The notes beneath the pieces are model-generated. The model saw nothing but the letters and a program-made list of their open reading frames with translations. It had not been told where the DNA came from and did not search any database. The position numbers were made by a program, and so were the translations under genes. From assembly GCF_026571515.1 (NCBI RefSeq), contig NW_026852109.1, positions 1 through 64,000 on the forward strand: a stretch of 64,000 nucleotides of DNA. The letters are read 5' to 3'. This document shows positions 51,212 through 64,000 of this stretch, in pieces. The stretch is from Ruditapes philippinarum. Its lineage: Eukaryota. The stretch's first letter is position 1. The number at the start of each line of letters is the position of its first letter.

Positions 51212-53970
51212 TTCTGTTCAAGGTTAAAAAATAAATGTAATTTTAAGTTCAGTAAGCACAGTGTTTGATTAAAATGTAACAGTTACATCAACTATTAAAT
51301 TCTAATAAGAGATCTAGGGTTGGGTTTAGGGTCGGGTTAGGGTAAGGGGTAAATGCAAATTGCAACAACGTTTTATGAAACACTTTTTTCTGATTGATCG
51401 GAATAGTCACGTGTTTATTTCAATATGTATGCGCGCTTCTGAATACAAACTGAATTTGACAAGGTCTTTTTTGAAGTTGCTTTGTTTGAGGGAGGCTAAA
51501 CAGATTTTGTGTGTGTGTTATTTAAATGGTAGATTAAATTATTTATAAAACGTGCAAAATGTGAATTGAAATTTTTATTTTTATTTGGATACTAATAAAT
51601 GATAAATGTGCATTAAGGCAATTTATATATGGTATTCATAAAAAGGTATATAATGTGGATAGGAACTATTTGCTTGTGTAAGATTTGTGTTATTCAGTGC
51701 AGTTGCTGGTTGGTGTTCGATGACAGCGATGGATGATGATGATGATTGATTTGTGGTTGACTGATTCATTGAAAAAGACATTTGACTATGTGTAATGAAA
51801 TATGAACCATTGGTACTGCCTTTAATATTGCCTTGGTTTATGACTACGTACGGTCTTTAGCAAAATGGATATCTTCCTTCAACTCCCGCTATCTGTCAAA
51901 CTTGACATTTCATGGTAATATCGGCAAAACACTTACTACTGTTGAACTTTTGACGATTAAATTGATAATTCGTCATTTTGCCATTCGAACATGACGGCTG
52001 CCCAATGTCGTTCGCTAGTAATATACAATCAATTGCAGAAATATTAGCGTTCCGAAAATCTTAAGATGTATATTGAAGGATGTAACATATACTTTGTGAT
52101 ACCGTCGGAGAGTTCCAACAATAACTATGCGAATAACTAATTATGACGGTCGAAATGTGTTTTGTTATTCATTTAAAGACCACTGTTGCAGGATACCAAA
52201 CATTTGTTTCTAGCATTAAACGTATATGAAATATTATAGAATCTTTAAAAGCATTTTAAACAAAACAATTGTTCTTTTTCTATTGTGTCAGAAAACAACG
52301 AATTGAAAAAAAGGTTTACGTAAAAGATGCAGCATCTATTTAATCTTGTCCACTAACTCATATTATTAATTTTTCTTTAACATAAGGTATTGTGTCAAAT
52401 GACCTAAAAGATGTACGTGTTGACCTTTAGTATAAGACAAAATGATAAAACAAAAGTAAGAAAATAAAGACCTTCTTAATTTCATGTACAGATTCAAAAA
52501 TAGTTGCAATAATTGTAAAAGACCAACTTAAAAATTATTAAAGAAAGAAGGGAAAAAACAACATGTTTTTATGATTTTCAATCTTGTTTTATTCATTAAT
52601 CTGATTATATAAGGTTTAATTATGTTTGTATTGTTCTGTTACATTTGCTGATTGCTATTGTTACTGTTGACAGTTTTAGACAAATGAAAAATGTTGTGTT
52701 TGGGTCAAAATGCTTTCTGAAGGTTATAATCACATTTATCAGGTCCTCTGTTTGTTTATGTATTAGTTGTATTGATAAGCACTTAATTATTGAGCTTGAG
52801 TTATTGTTTATTTAACCTAATCTGCTGATGGAAAGCCATCGGTTATTGAAAATGCAGACTTGCGACACTCTTGCTTTAGCTGATAAACCATAAATCCATA
52901 ATTGATCAACACCATAGCAAAAAGCGCCTGAAAATAGATGAAAGCCAAGTGTAAAATTTTTCGTATACTTATTCTGAGAAATTTTAAAATATTCATGTTT
53001 TGTTTTCTGGTATAACGGTGACAAAAATTGTGTCCGATTATTTACGCAAAATTAAGTTTACCTTGTAAATTTTGCAGCTATGTTTTCACCTTGATAACTG
53101 ATCGTAAAAGAAATTTTCTGGAAACTTCAAACTGTGTTGGTGTATGGACTTTGATGATATCTTGATCAAATCTCATTTTCACATCTATTTCTATCGCTAT
53201 TTTATAAGTAATTAAGGGATGTTTTATAAAAAAAAAACAGAAAAAACTCCCAGAAAAAGTCACTTTATCTTTGAATGTTACCCTGTCATACTCCTTTTGG
53301 GTTACAATGAAATTTTAAATGTTTAAAAATTATTTTCTGTTTATGTTATGACTTCATATTTTTTTAAATGTTAAATATTGATGCATTGCATCCCTTATTT
53401 TCCTTTTAAAAGTAATACTTTGACTTTAAAAACTTATTTATTTAAGAAAGAATGAAAATGAATCAGTTATGTTTTGAATTTTGATTGAAATGAAGTCATG
53501 ATAATAATTTCTTGTCATGAGTCCGCCAAGTATAAATGAAATATTGGAATATTGTCATTGAAATGAAATTAACTCCATTTTCAACACTTAAAATGCTGGA
53601 ATTATAATTATCCCGAAGGACCAGCAAATAATACAACAATGACGTGAAGTATAGGGCAACCATTTACGGTTGTCACGAGACACTATAAATTTGCATGCAT
53701 AAATATCTGGAAATATGATCCCTCGGAAGTACCAACATCAGCAAAAGTACATTAAGTTTGATTACAACTGTACGTAATAAATTACCCTAACATGATTATC
53801 CGATTAAAGTTAAATAAAATTATTTCAAACCATGTCTTTGTAGCAAATCTTTAAAAGAAACCAGACAATTTAGAGGATCTAATTGCATAATCACATGTCT
53901 TCCACTAAACTCAATATGTAGCCTAAATAGTGATGGCAATTTGATTACTTCTATGTGTAACATCTACTTA

Positions 53971-56900
53971 ACAATGATAAGGGATGTCACGGTGATCCAA
54001 AACCTTGTCCATTTAAACAGTAACATTATACCTCTGTTAACATTGAACAGACTATACTAATAAAATTCTTAGAATAATATTAGTATAATGTATCACAATG
54101 TTTTCGTATTTCCTTGTAGTCTTAATGATCTTAATACATATAAATTATGGAATAAATATTTTTAGTTTGTTCCGTACCATGCATGGTCAGGCAGTATGCT
54201 CCAGGCAAAAATACGTTATTAAGAACAACTTAAATACTTATAAAATGTCCCACTTTGTTTAAAAAATAAGGTAAAGAATCAACTCAAAACTTGTTTCGGA
54301 CCTTTGTCTTATATAAACCTTGGTAACTTGATAATGAATATGCCACTCAATTAAATTAAGAAAAAGCAGTATCCATTTTAACACCAACACATGACCCTTA
54401 CCCGAACCCTTACCGTAATATTTATTATGTGTTATATTGTTATTTGTCTTACCAAAGTTAATATCCTCATTTTGTAATTCATTTTTAAACTTTAAAGTCA
54501 ATGACGTTGTGCCAGTTAGTATAACATCCGTTAACAGATCGCAATATGGGAAATTTATTTATAATTTTCAATTTTAATCACTGTTTGGTCATGGTTTACT
54601 TAGCGTTTCGTTTATGATATTATACACATCGGGTAAACGTAATTAAAGCAAATTTTCGTTTGTAAGAGCCATCCCTAAGAAAAGTCATTATATTATACAT
54701 CGTAAAAATCACTTAAAAATATGCCAAAAAAAGAAAGAAATAATTTAATAATGTAAAAGAAGATCTTAAACTTCAATTGGTAAAATAATATAAATAAAAG
54801 CAATATTTTTGACACAACAAAACCTAGTGTTGACACTTTGTTGCCGAATCGTTCCGATTAATATAGACAACAAATTAATGACACATTATATTCCTTTGTT
54901 TGGAAAAGTGAAGAAGAATAGAAATTTTTATTTAAGAATTAGACATTATTATCAAAAATGAATGGATATTGGATAAGAATAATAACACAACGTATTGATG
55001 TAACGTTTGACAAACATAATGTCATGAAAATGTCAAGATCTATCATTAATGAATTTTGGATACATACTTTAAATTTCTTTTCTTCGTTTTTTAGCATTAG
55101 CAATTCGATAAAGAATATACTTGTAACTAACCTTTTTTTACAATTATAACATAAATACACGTAAAAAGTTGTTATCTTTTTCTTACAAGATTTACAATAT
55201 AAAAACTAACCATCCTTTCTGTAAACGCATTTTTAAAAAGCATTTTGTTTTAACCCCTTATATTTTGAGAGAGAATGATTCCCAAATTTTTGCAATATTG
55301 TCCAGCCAATTCGTAACAAAATTTGCCAAACTATTTCAGAAAATGGGACAATCATCAAACTTGGAACAGTATATAAACCTTGACCTTATATATACACAAA
55401 ACAACGCACTTTCGACTCCACCCCCCTCTTTTAGGCCTCAAATGATTTCGTTTGAGAAATGTTGATAAAATGTGAGCATTTTGTCGGCACCGCTCCATGC
55501 AAAAGGTACATAAGGGGGTTGCCAAAAGGGGGATGTGCCCCCTCTGTTTGGGGGGGGGGGTTAACGGGGACGGCAGTCACCTTCATCACTAAGAAAAAAT
55601 TGGACTTTTGATAGGCTAAAATGACCCCATGTCGATCATAAGGTAACGTGTAACCAACGCTGAAACGCCTTTGACTCTATCTGTATCCATTGAGAAGTTC
55701 CAGCACTTTGAAATCAATTTTGATGGAAAAAATCAATGTAAAATAGTGATTTTTGGCAGTTTGAGATGTCCCCTAGTTGCCATGGTAACAGGAAATTTAA
55801 GACTGAGCATGTTGTTACAAAGGCAAATTTCCAGAAAGCATTCATGCCAAATTTGATTAGTATTGACGAAGTTTTTATAGTTTATATAGCAATTTGAACT
55901 TGTAACGGGATACTTCTCAATGAAAACAGCCATTTTTTACAAAATGCTCATTCAGTAATGGGTTAATATATAAAAATATACTTGACAATGATAAGGGATG
56001 TCACGGTGATCCAAAACCTTGTCCATTTAAACAGTAACGTTATACCTCTGTTAACATTGAACAGACTATACTAATAAAATTCTTAGAATAATATTAGTAT
56101 AATGTTTCTCAATGTTTTCGTATTTTCTTGTAGTCTTAAATGATCTTAATACATATAAATTATGGAATAAATATTTTTAGTTTGTTCCGTACCATGCATG
56201 GTCAGGCAGCATGCTCCAGGCAAAAATACGTTATCAAGAACAACTTAAATACTTATAAAATGTCCTACTTTGTTTAAAAAATAAGGTAAAGAATCATCTC
56301 AAAACTTGTTTCGGACCTTTGTCTTATATAAACCTTGGTAACTTGATAATGAATATGCCACTCAATTAAATTAAGAAAAAGCAGTACCCGTTTTAACACC
56401 AACACATGACCCTTACCCGAACCCCTACCGTAATATTTATTATGTGTTATATTGTTATTTGTCTTACCAAAGTTAATATCCTCATTGTGTAATTCATTTT
56501 TAAACTTTAAAGTCAATGACGTTGTGCCAGTTAGTATAACATCCGTTAACAGATCGCAATATGGGAAATTTATTTATAATTTTCAATTTTAATCACTGTT
56601 TGGTCATGGTTTACTTAGCGTTTCGTTTATGATATTATACACATCGGGTGAACGTAATTAAAGCAAATTTTCGTCTGTAAGAGCCATCCATAAGAAAAGT
56701 CATTATATTATACATCGTAAAAATCACTCAAAAATATGCCAAAAAAAGAAAGAAATAATTTAATAATGTAAAAGAAGATCTTAAACTTCAATTGGTAAAA
56801 TAATATAAATAAAAGCAATACTTATGACACAACAAAACTTAGTGTTGACACTTTGTTGCCGAATCGTTCCGATTAATATAGACAACAAATTAATGACACA

Positions 56901-57996
56901 TTATATTCCTTTGTTTGGAAAAGTGAAGAAGAATAGAAATTTTTATTTAAGAATTAGACATTATTATCAAAAATGAATGGATATTGGATAAGAATAATAA
57001 CACAACGTATTGATGTAACGTTTGACAAACATAATGTCATGAAAATGTCAAGATCTATCATTAATGAATTTTGGATACATACTTTAAATTTCTTTTCTTC
57101 GTTTTTTAGCATAAGCAATTCGATAAAGAATATACTTGTAACTAACCTTTTTTTACAATTATAACATAAATACACGTAAAAAGTTGTTATCTTTTTTTTA
57201 CAAGATTTACAATATAAAAACTAACCATCTTTTCTGTAAACGCATTTTTAAAAGCATTTTGTTTTAACCCCTTATATTTTGAGAGAGAATGATTCCCAAA
57301 TTTTTGCAATATTGTCCAGCCAATTCGTAACAAAATTTGCCAAACTATTTCAGAAAATGGGACAATCATCAAACTTGGAACAGTCTATAAACCTTGACCT
57401 TATATATACACAAAACAACGCACTTTCGACTCCACCCCCCCCCCCTCTCTTAGGCCTCAAATGTTTTCGTTTGAGAAATGTTGATAAAATGTGAGCATTT
57501 TGTCGGCGCCGCCCTATGCAAAAGGTCGTTAGGGGGTAGCCAAAAGGGGGATGTGCCCCTTCTGTTTGGGAGGGGGGGTTAAGGGGGACGGCAGTCACCT
57601 TCATCGCTAAGAAAAATTTGGACTTTTGATAGGCTAAAATGACCCCATGTCGATCATAAGGTAACGTGTTACCAACGCTGAAACGCCTTTGACTCTATCT
57701 GTATCCATTGAGAAGTTGCAGCACTTTGAAATCAAATTTGATGGGAAAAAATCAATGTAAAATAGTGATTTTTGGCAGTTTGAGATGTCCCCTAGTTGCC
57801 ATGGTAACAGGAAATTTAGGACTGAGCATGTTGTTACAAAGGCAAATTTCCAATAAGCATTCATGCCAAATTTGATTAATATTGACGAAGTTTGTATAGT
57901 TTATATAGCAATTTGAACTTGTAACGGGATACCTTTCAATGAAAACAGCCATTTTTTACAAAATGCTCATTCAGTAATGGGTTAATATATAAAAAT
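53971..57996. repeat. Direct tandem duplication, 2 x ~2.01 kb (53971-55977, 55985-57996)
   Basis: Both units start acaatgataagggatgtcacggtgatcc. Duplicated ORFs at 54939/56954 and 54259/56274. Confidence 0.95.
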
Positions 57997-59474
57997 CTAC
58001 AGAACAGCAAACTGTCAACAGTAACAATAGCAATCAGCAAATGTAACAGAACAATACAAACAAAATTAAACCTTATATAATCAGATTAATGAATCAAACA
58101 AGATTGAAAATCATAAAAACATGTTGTTTTTCCCTTCTTTCTTTAATAATTTTTAAGTTGGTCTTTTACAATTATTGCAACTATTTTTGAATCTGTACAT
58201 GAAATTAAGAAGGTCTTTATTTTCTTACTTTTGTTTTATCATTTTGTCTTATACTAAAGGTCAACACGTACATCTTTTAGGTCATTTGACACAATACCTT
58301 ATGTTAAAGAAAAATTAATAATATGAGTTAGTGGACAAGATTAAATAGATGCTGCATCTTTTACTAAAACCTCTTTTTCAATTCGTTGTTTTCTGACACA
58401 ATAGAAAAAGAACAATTGTTTTGTTTAAAATGCTTTTAAAGATTCTATAATATTTCATATACGTTTAATGCTAGAAACAAATGTTTGGTATCCTGCAACA
58501 ATGGTCTTTAAATGAATAACAAAACACATTTCGACCATCATAATTAGTTATTCGCATAGTTATTGTTGGAACTCTCCGACGGTATCACAAAGTGTATGTT
58601 AAATCCTTCAATATACATCTTAAGATTTTCGGAACGCTAATATTTCTGCAATTGATTGTATATTACTAGCGAACGACATTGGGCAGCCGTCATGTTCGAA
58701 TGACAAAATGACGAATTATCAATTTAATCGTCAAAAGTTCAACAGTAGTAAGTGTTTTGCCGATATTACCATGAAATGTCAAGTTTGACAGATAGCGGGA
58801 GTTGAAGGAAGATATCCATTTTGCTAAAGACCGTACGTAGTCATAAACCAAGGCAATATTAAACGCAGTGTCAATGGTTCATATTTCATTACACATAGTC
58901 AAATGTCTTTTTCAATGAATCAGTCAACCACAAATCAATCATCATCATCATCCATCGCTGTCATCGAACACCAACCAGCAACTGCACCGAATAACACATA
59001 TCTTACACAAGCAAATAGTTCCTATCCACATTATATACCTTTTTTATGAATACCATATATAAATTGCCTTAATGCACATTTATCATTTATTAGTATCCAA
59101 ATAAAAATAAAAATTTCAATTCACATTTTGCACGTTTTATAAATAATTTAATCTACCATTTAAATAACACACACACAAAATCTGTTTAGCCTCCCTCAAA
59201 CAAAGCAACTTCAAAAAAGACCTTGTCAAATTCAGTTTGTATTCAGAAGCGCGCATACATATTGAAATAAACACGTGACTATTCCGATCAATCAGAAAAA
59301 AGTGTTTCATAAATCGTTGTTGCAATTTGCATTTACCCCTTACCCTAACCCGAACCCTAAACCTAACCCTAGATCTCTTATTAGAATTAAATAGTTTATG
59401 TAACTGTTACATTTTAATCAAACACTGTGCTTACTGAACTTAAAATTACATTTATTTTTTAACCTTGAACAGAA

Positions 59475-60012
59475 ATGACAAACCGCCTAAATTTGATAGA
59501 CACGATGCCTAACTTAGAGGTTATAAATAGGTTCAGGCTTGATAAAAGAGGAATTAGCTATTTAAGGCAGTTAATGTATAACAAGATTACCGTGCTGGCC
59601 AGGAAAATAATAGTATGAGACAAGATTCTGGTAACACTGAGGTACATTCAGCTGAATGATGCTGACATTCACGGTGTGAGTCAGCCTACAGTTAGCAGAG
59701 TTGTGACTGAAGTAGTCTCGGATTTAAGCTGTCCATGGCTTTAAGCTGGCCAGACAATGTTTGACAATTCATTAAATTCCTATGCACCAGAGAGGAACTG
59801 ATTAAAATCAACAGGCATTGCCAAAGTTGAAGGTGTAATTGATGGCACACATAACAAAACAGGCACCTGTAGATATTGAAGAGCAGTATGTAAACTGGAA
59901 CGATTATCATTAATTGAATATTCAGCTAGCGTTTGATCCCTTTGATCAGATCATAGATGTTGTATGTAAATGTCTTGTATCTGTTCATTACAGCAGAATA
60001 CTACAGCAAAGT
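59475..60012 (+). pseudogene. Decayed PIF/Harbinger (HARBI1-like) transposase fragment, right arm
   Basis: LIDTMPNLEVINRFRLDKRGI..KILVTLRY..ADIHGVSQPTVSRVV (HTH), VEGVIDGTH (first catalytic D), EQYVN..LNIQLAFD..SVHYSRIL (HD motif decayed). Contains stops and frameshifts. Confidence 0.85.
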
Positions 60013-61582
60013 GGTTAAACAACAATATTTGAGCCGCGCAAGCATAAACAGCCGGTATCATATATTTTGGATATTTTCAGCTTTTTCCATCATGCTTTAA
60101 TGCATTTTTTAATTTTCTTGTAATGTATACTTTTCTATACTTTAAACGACTCACATTTGCACGAAAACGCTTTAAGGTAACGTATAGTAACGTCACTACC
60201 GTCAACGATGATAACATCAACTCAAAACGTCGAAACGACGTTAGAAATGTGTGTTTTATTAACGTACGCAAAGTGACAGTGTGACGTAATATGATTTAAT
60301 TGATCACATAAACCGCGGAACAGGAGTGTAATAAAGACATTTAAAAAAAAACAACGATATTAAATATACGAGGGATGATCAAAAATTACCTGGACTTTGT
60401 AAATGTTTCTTTACCTGTTGAATGAATTTACATAAAAAAACACGGAAAATAAATTGGAACCTATCCCCTGAATGATACAAAAGACAGCAATAAGATATAT
60501 TAACAAAGAAAAAAGTTATGCTGTTATTGACATGTACTAGTAAAGCAATGCGGAGCACGATATAACTTTAAAAGTGACGTTAACGACGTCACAATCGGTA
60601 TTTTACTCATTCGTGAAGTAGGCCAATACGCGGTACATATGTTATTGATGCGGCGGAATCACTACCTGTAATGCGTTCCAGAATAAAAAAGGAAATTCCA
60701 GATGTCCTTTTTCCGGGGGTCGACCTAAAAGCACTTTTTCAGCAACAAATTTACATGCAGTGAGACTAGAGAGATAGGGGAATAATTCCCCTATCTTTTA
60801 AACCTCAGACGAAACGCATTGTACCTGTCCGTTCTGCGGATAATGTACCACTGTCTTTTTATATGAGTTTATTTTCTAAGGACAATGCTAGAAATTGTTG
60901 TTCGGAGTAATTTGATGAATACACAAATACACATAGAAGAATATTTCTCTTACTTTTTAACTTTTAATGGGTCAATATTACTGTCATTTATGCGGATTAA
61001 AAAAGCCTTTTAAATGAATAGCAGTCGGTCAATATCTTTTAAGTATGAAATAGAAGGGTTAAAAATTAACGCAAACATTTGAATTTTTTTCGTTACATGT
61101 TTTCATACTTTTGTTCGAGAATATATAGAAGTGCAAAAATACATTAAATATTAATTATCGTACGTATAAAAAATAATATAATAATGGCTATATAAAACTG
61201 ATGATATTTATCTATTAATATTTTCATCGTATTCATAAGAACATAAATATGTTTATCAAATAAGCATACACGGTTGATTCTTCAAGTTAAATAGAAAACT
61301 GTTTTATTCATTGTACATTTATAAATAAATTTTTATCCGTTTAAGTTTTCTTTTACTGCAGTGTAACATATGTTTCGTATTTCACTGGTGTCGCAACTAC
61401 TGTCGTCAATATGCATATCAAAGATAAATAAAAAGAGAGCTGGTGAAATATTTATTTTCATGTCACTCGATGAAATAAATCACGTAATTACATTAAAAAA
61501 GACAAAAAAATCTTGGTACCGGTATCCCTTTTCATTATATTCCTAAATATCCTTGATATAAATTCTGAAATATTGAGAAATA

Positions 61583-62235
61583 TGTAGTTTAAACATATTT
61601 ATTTATGCTCGATTGCAAAACAAGTTCTTGCAACTTATATTAATCACTTTCGAGTCCGCTTCCTGGATCCAACCAGTACTGGTGTCATATGAAGAAACAT
61701 GGTCGTGACCTGAGTAGGGCTCGAACCCATGATCTCTGGGTTGAGAGGCAGACACCTTAACCACTAGGCCACCGCTCCCCTTTATTGAGAAATATTGAGT
61801 TTATTTTCCTTTTTTTTATTTAAAGACTGCAGTGTATGTTTCGTATTTCACTGGTGTCGTAACTACTGTCGGCAATATGCATATCAAAGATAATTAAAAA
61901 GAGAGCTGGTGAAATATTTATTTTCATGTCACTCGTTGAAATAAATCACGTAATTACATTAAAAAAGACAAAAAAAAATCTTGGTACCGGTATCCCTTTT
62001 CATTTTATTCCTAAAAATTCTGAGATATTGAGAAATATTTAGTTTAAACATATTTATGTATGCTCGATTGCAAAACAAGTTCTTGCATCTTATATTAATC
62101 ACTTTCGAGTCCGCTTCCTGGAACCAACCAGTACTGGTGTCATATGAAGAAACATGGTCGTGACACGAGTAGGGCTCGAACCCATGATCTCTGGGTTGAG
62201 AGGCAGACACTTTAACAACAAGGCCACCGCTCCCC
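61583..62235 (-). mobile_element. Mirror copies of the two SINEs (61583-61780, 62038-62235)
   Basis: Reverse complement of 48459-49110. Confidence 0.9.
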
Positions 62236-63010
62236 TTTATTGAGAAATATTGAGTTTATTTTCCTTTTTTTATTTAAAGACTACAGTGAAACATATTTCT
62301 GTTTTTTCACTGGCGTCTATTCGGACTACATTCTTCTAAACTTAGTCAAATTACAAAATTAAAGGGAAAGTATTTCAAATTTTAATGTCGAACAAAAGAA
62401 AATTTTAATGATCAACAGAAAATTCAAGTCTATTTTCTATAAATACAGAAATTGATTTTCAAATTGTGGCATGAAAATGCTGATATTTCACACGTCGCGA
62501 AATATCTATTCTCATACTACAAGAACTTTAACATCGCCTATTAATTCCCCTTTTTTCTCCTTTGTGTATCTTAAAAATGTCACTAATTCATTATTTATTT
62601 TAGTACGATACATGTGTAATCTATTGTTCAATATATGTAGGTTAATTGCTACAAATAAAACAACAAAAAATAAATAAGCAAAACACGATGACATGAAGTG
62701 TGTCAGGCAATCAATAGCATTATCGTTCACATCAAATAATCTAGGTATAGTGTGATATCTTGTTGATTTCTTCTATAAGTCTCTTTCTTCACATTAAAGA
62801 TCCTTTATCTGAAAAAACATATTGAAACAACATTAAAATTGTTTTATAATAACTTGGTATTACCTTCATCATTTTCATTTGTTTTAGTTGTCACAAGTAT
62901 TAAAATGAAATAAAAGAAGCGTGAAATTTGATCAATAAGAAAATAACTCTCATAAGATGATTTCAAAGCTCATATCTTTCATTCATATTATATATAAGGA
63001 TTGTATAATA

Positions 63011-63705
63011 CAGTAGAACTTCGGTAAGTCGAAGTTGAAGGGACTTGCGTAAAAACTTCGACACATCGGGACTTCGACTCATGAATCGCTCTCATATCCA
63101 TGACAAAATTTCTACCCGTGACTAGTCCTAATTATAAGCTCTATAACGAAACATATTTCATGTTTTTCCATCATTAATCTTATCTTTAAATTTTACAATG
63201 ATAAATATAGCATGTCAAATTACGTTTTTCACGACTACCCAAAGAGTTACAAAAGGCGTATGATTACGAAAGGGCGATAACTAAACCAGCTTATAGTAAA
63301 TATTTCGCGTGTTATTCTCACGCGACAGCGGGTCAAGGATGTTTTCAAATGAAAGTAGTGAAGTAGTTCTTACTGTTTACTTTCAAATACCACTACGGCA
63401 ATTAAAAAAGTTACGATTAAAGCATTTTATCACATATTTTATCGCAAACAAAGGCTGTTTGAACACACGGCTTTGTTATTAACACCTATCACACAAGTTG
63501 ATTGGAAATCGTCTTCGCAGCCAGATAAGGTGTCAAAAATGTCTCGAGGTCAAAGGTGTCAAAACAATCCAACGACTTCAACTTATTTGTGGTAAATTGC
63601 TCTAGATTTACTTTATACGGACCACGAAAAAACCTCGACACATCGAAAAATTCGACACATAAAATTTCGACTCATAAATAGGTTTTTATAAGGAATATAT
63701 AGGGG
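63011..63705. mobile_element. pogo/Tigger-like MITE, right end interrupted
   Basis: TA|cagtagaacttcggtaagtcgaag terminus and subterminal ttcgacacat/ttcgactcat repeats at both ends. Confidence 0.65.
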
Positions 63706-63727
63706 GGAGAGTAGTCTACTTACTAGT

Positions 63728-64000
63728 CGTAAGCTTTTTGATAGAGAAGTTCAAAAAGCTAAACGTTTTTATTGGTATTCACTCCAGAATGACCTGTTGA
63801 ATGATTGTAAGGTAGATAGCACTTCATTTTGGAAAACTATTGGTAAAATCGGTGTAGGTTTTTCAAAAACCAAACCAATTCCAATGGAAGTTATTCTACC
63901 AAATGGAGAACTATCTACTAATGTTGACGATGTGTTGTTTAAATGGAAACACGACTTTAGTTCATTGTTCCAAAATGTGAATTTATCAAATATCCCATTT
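63728..64000 (+). mobile_element. 5'-truncated LINE ORF2 fragment (endonuclease-RT linker), running off the window
   Basis: 91 open codons: RKLFDREVQKAKRFYW...SFWKTIGKIG...GELSTNVDDVLFKWKHDFSSLF, with the FWKxI and VLxxWxxxFxxLF pattern of non-LTR ORF2. Confidence 0.75.

Larger units (their letters stand above)
48080..62612. repeat. Large inverted repeat: arms 48080-52676 and 58009-62612, spacer 5.3 kb
   Basis: Reverse-complement identity along the arms, e.g. mirrored ORFs 50776+/59910- and 51360+/59325-, with scattered SNPs and indels. Confidence 0.95.

Noticed and set aside
50776-51548. Duplicated ORFs of 72 and 62 aa (mirrored at 59137-59910)
   Set aside because: Their identity reflects the inverted duplication. 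The real coding relic is the opposite-strand Harbinger transposase.

Overview
AT-rich animal genomic DNA, most likely a bivalve mollusc judging from Helentron-associated (HINE/pearl-type) repeats and tRNA-derived SINEs, with a 164-bp N gap at 43695-43858. The ORF track hides the main feature. Reading GT-AG splice sites by hand gives one + strand gene of about 25 exons (about 6.2-33.6 kb, roughly 1,300 aa), and its exon phases chain consistently from 10765 to 33600. Domain order: SET (KMT5A/SET8-like), linker, 11 tandem copies of a 57-nt exon (19-aa acidic repeat), tandem BRCT pair, two Zn-finger motifs, tyrosine recombinase (Crypton-like), acidic exon, Myb/SANT-like C-terminus. This copy carries two 1-nt frameshifts and an Asp at the expected catalytic Tyr. 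A co-oriented GTCCYCAnTTG motif runs from about 3.6 kb to the gap, suggesting the gene may lie in a roughly 40-kb tyrosine-recombinase element (inference). The right third holds a 14.5-kb fold-back: 4.6-kb inverted arms carrying decayed PIF/Harbinger transposase and tandem SINEs, around a spacer with a 2-kb tandem duplication. The window ends in a pogo-like MITE interrupted by a LINE ORF2 fragment. All domain calls are by motif recognition; no database search was run.
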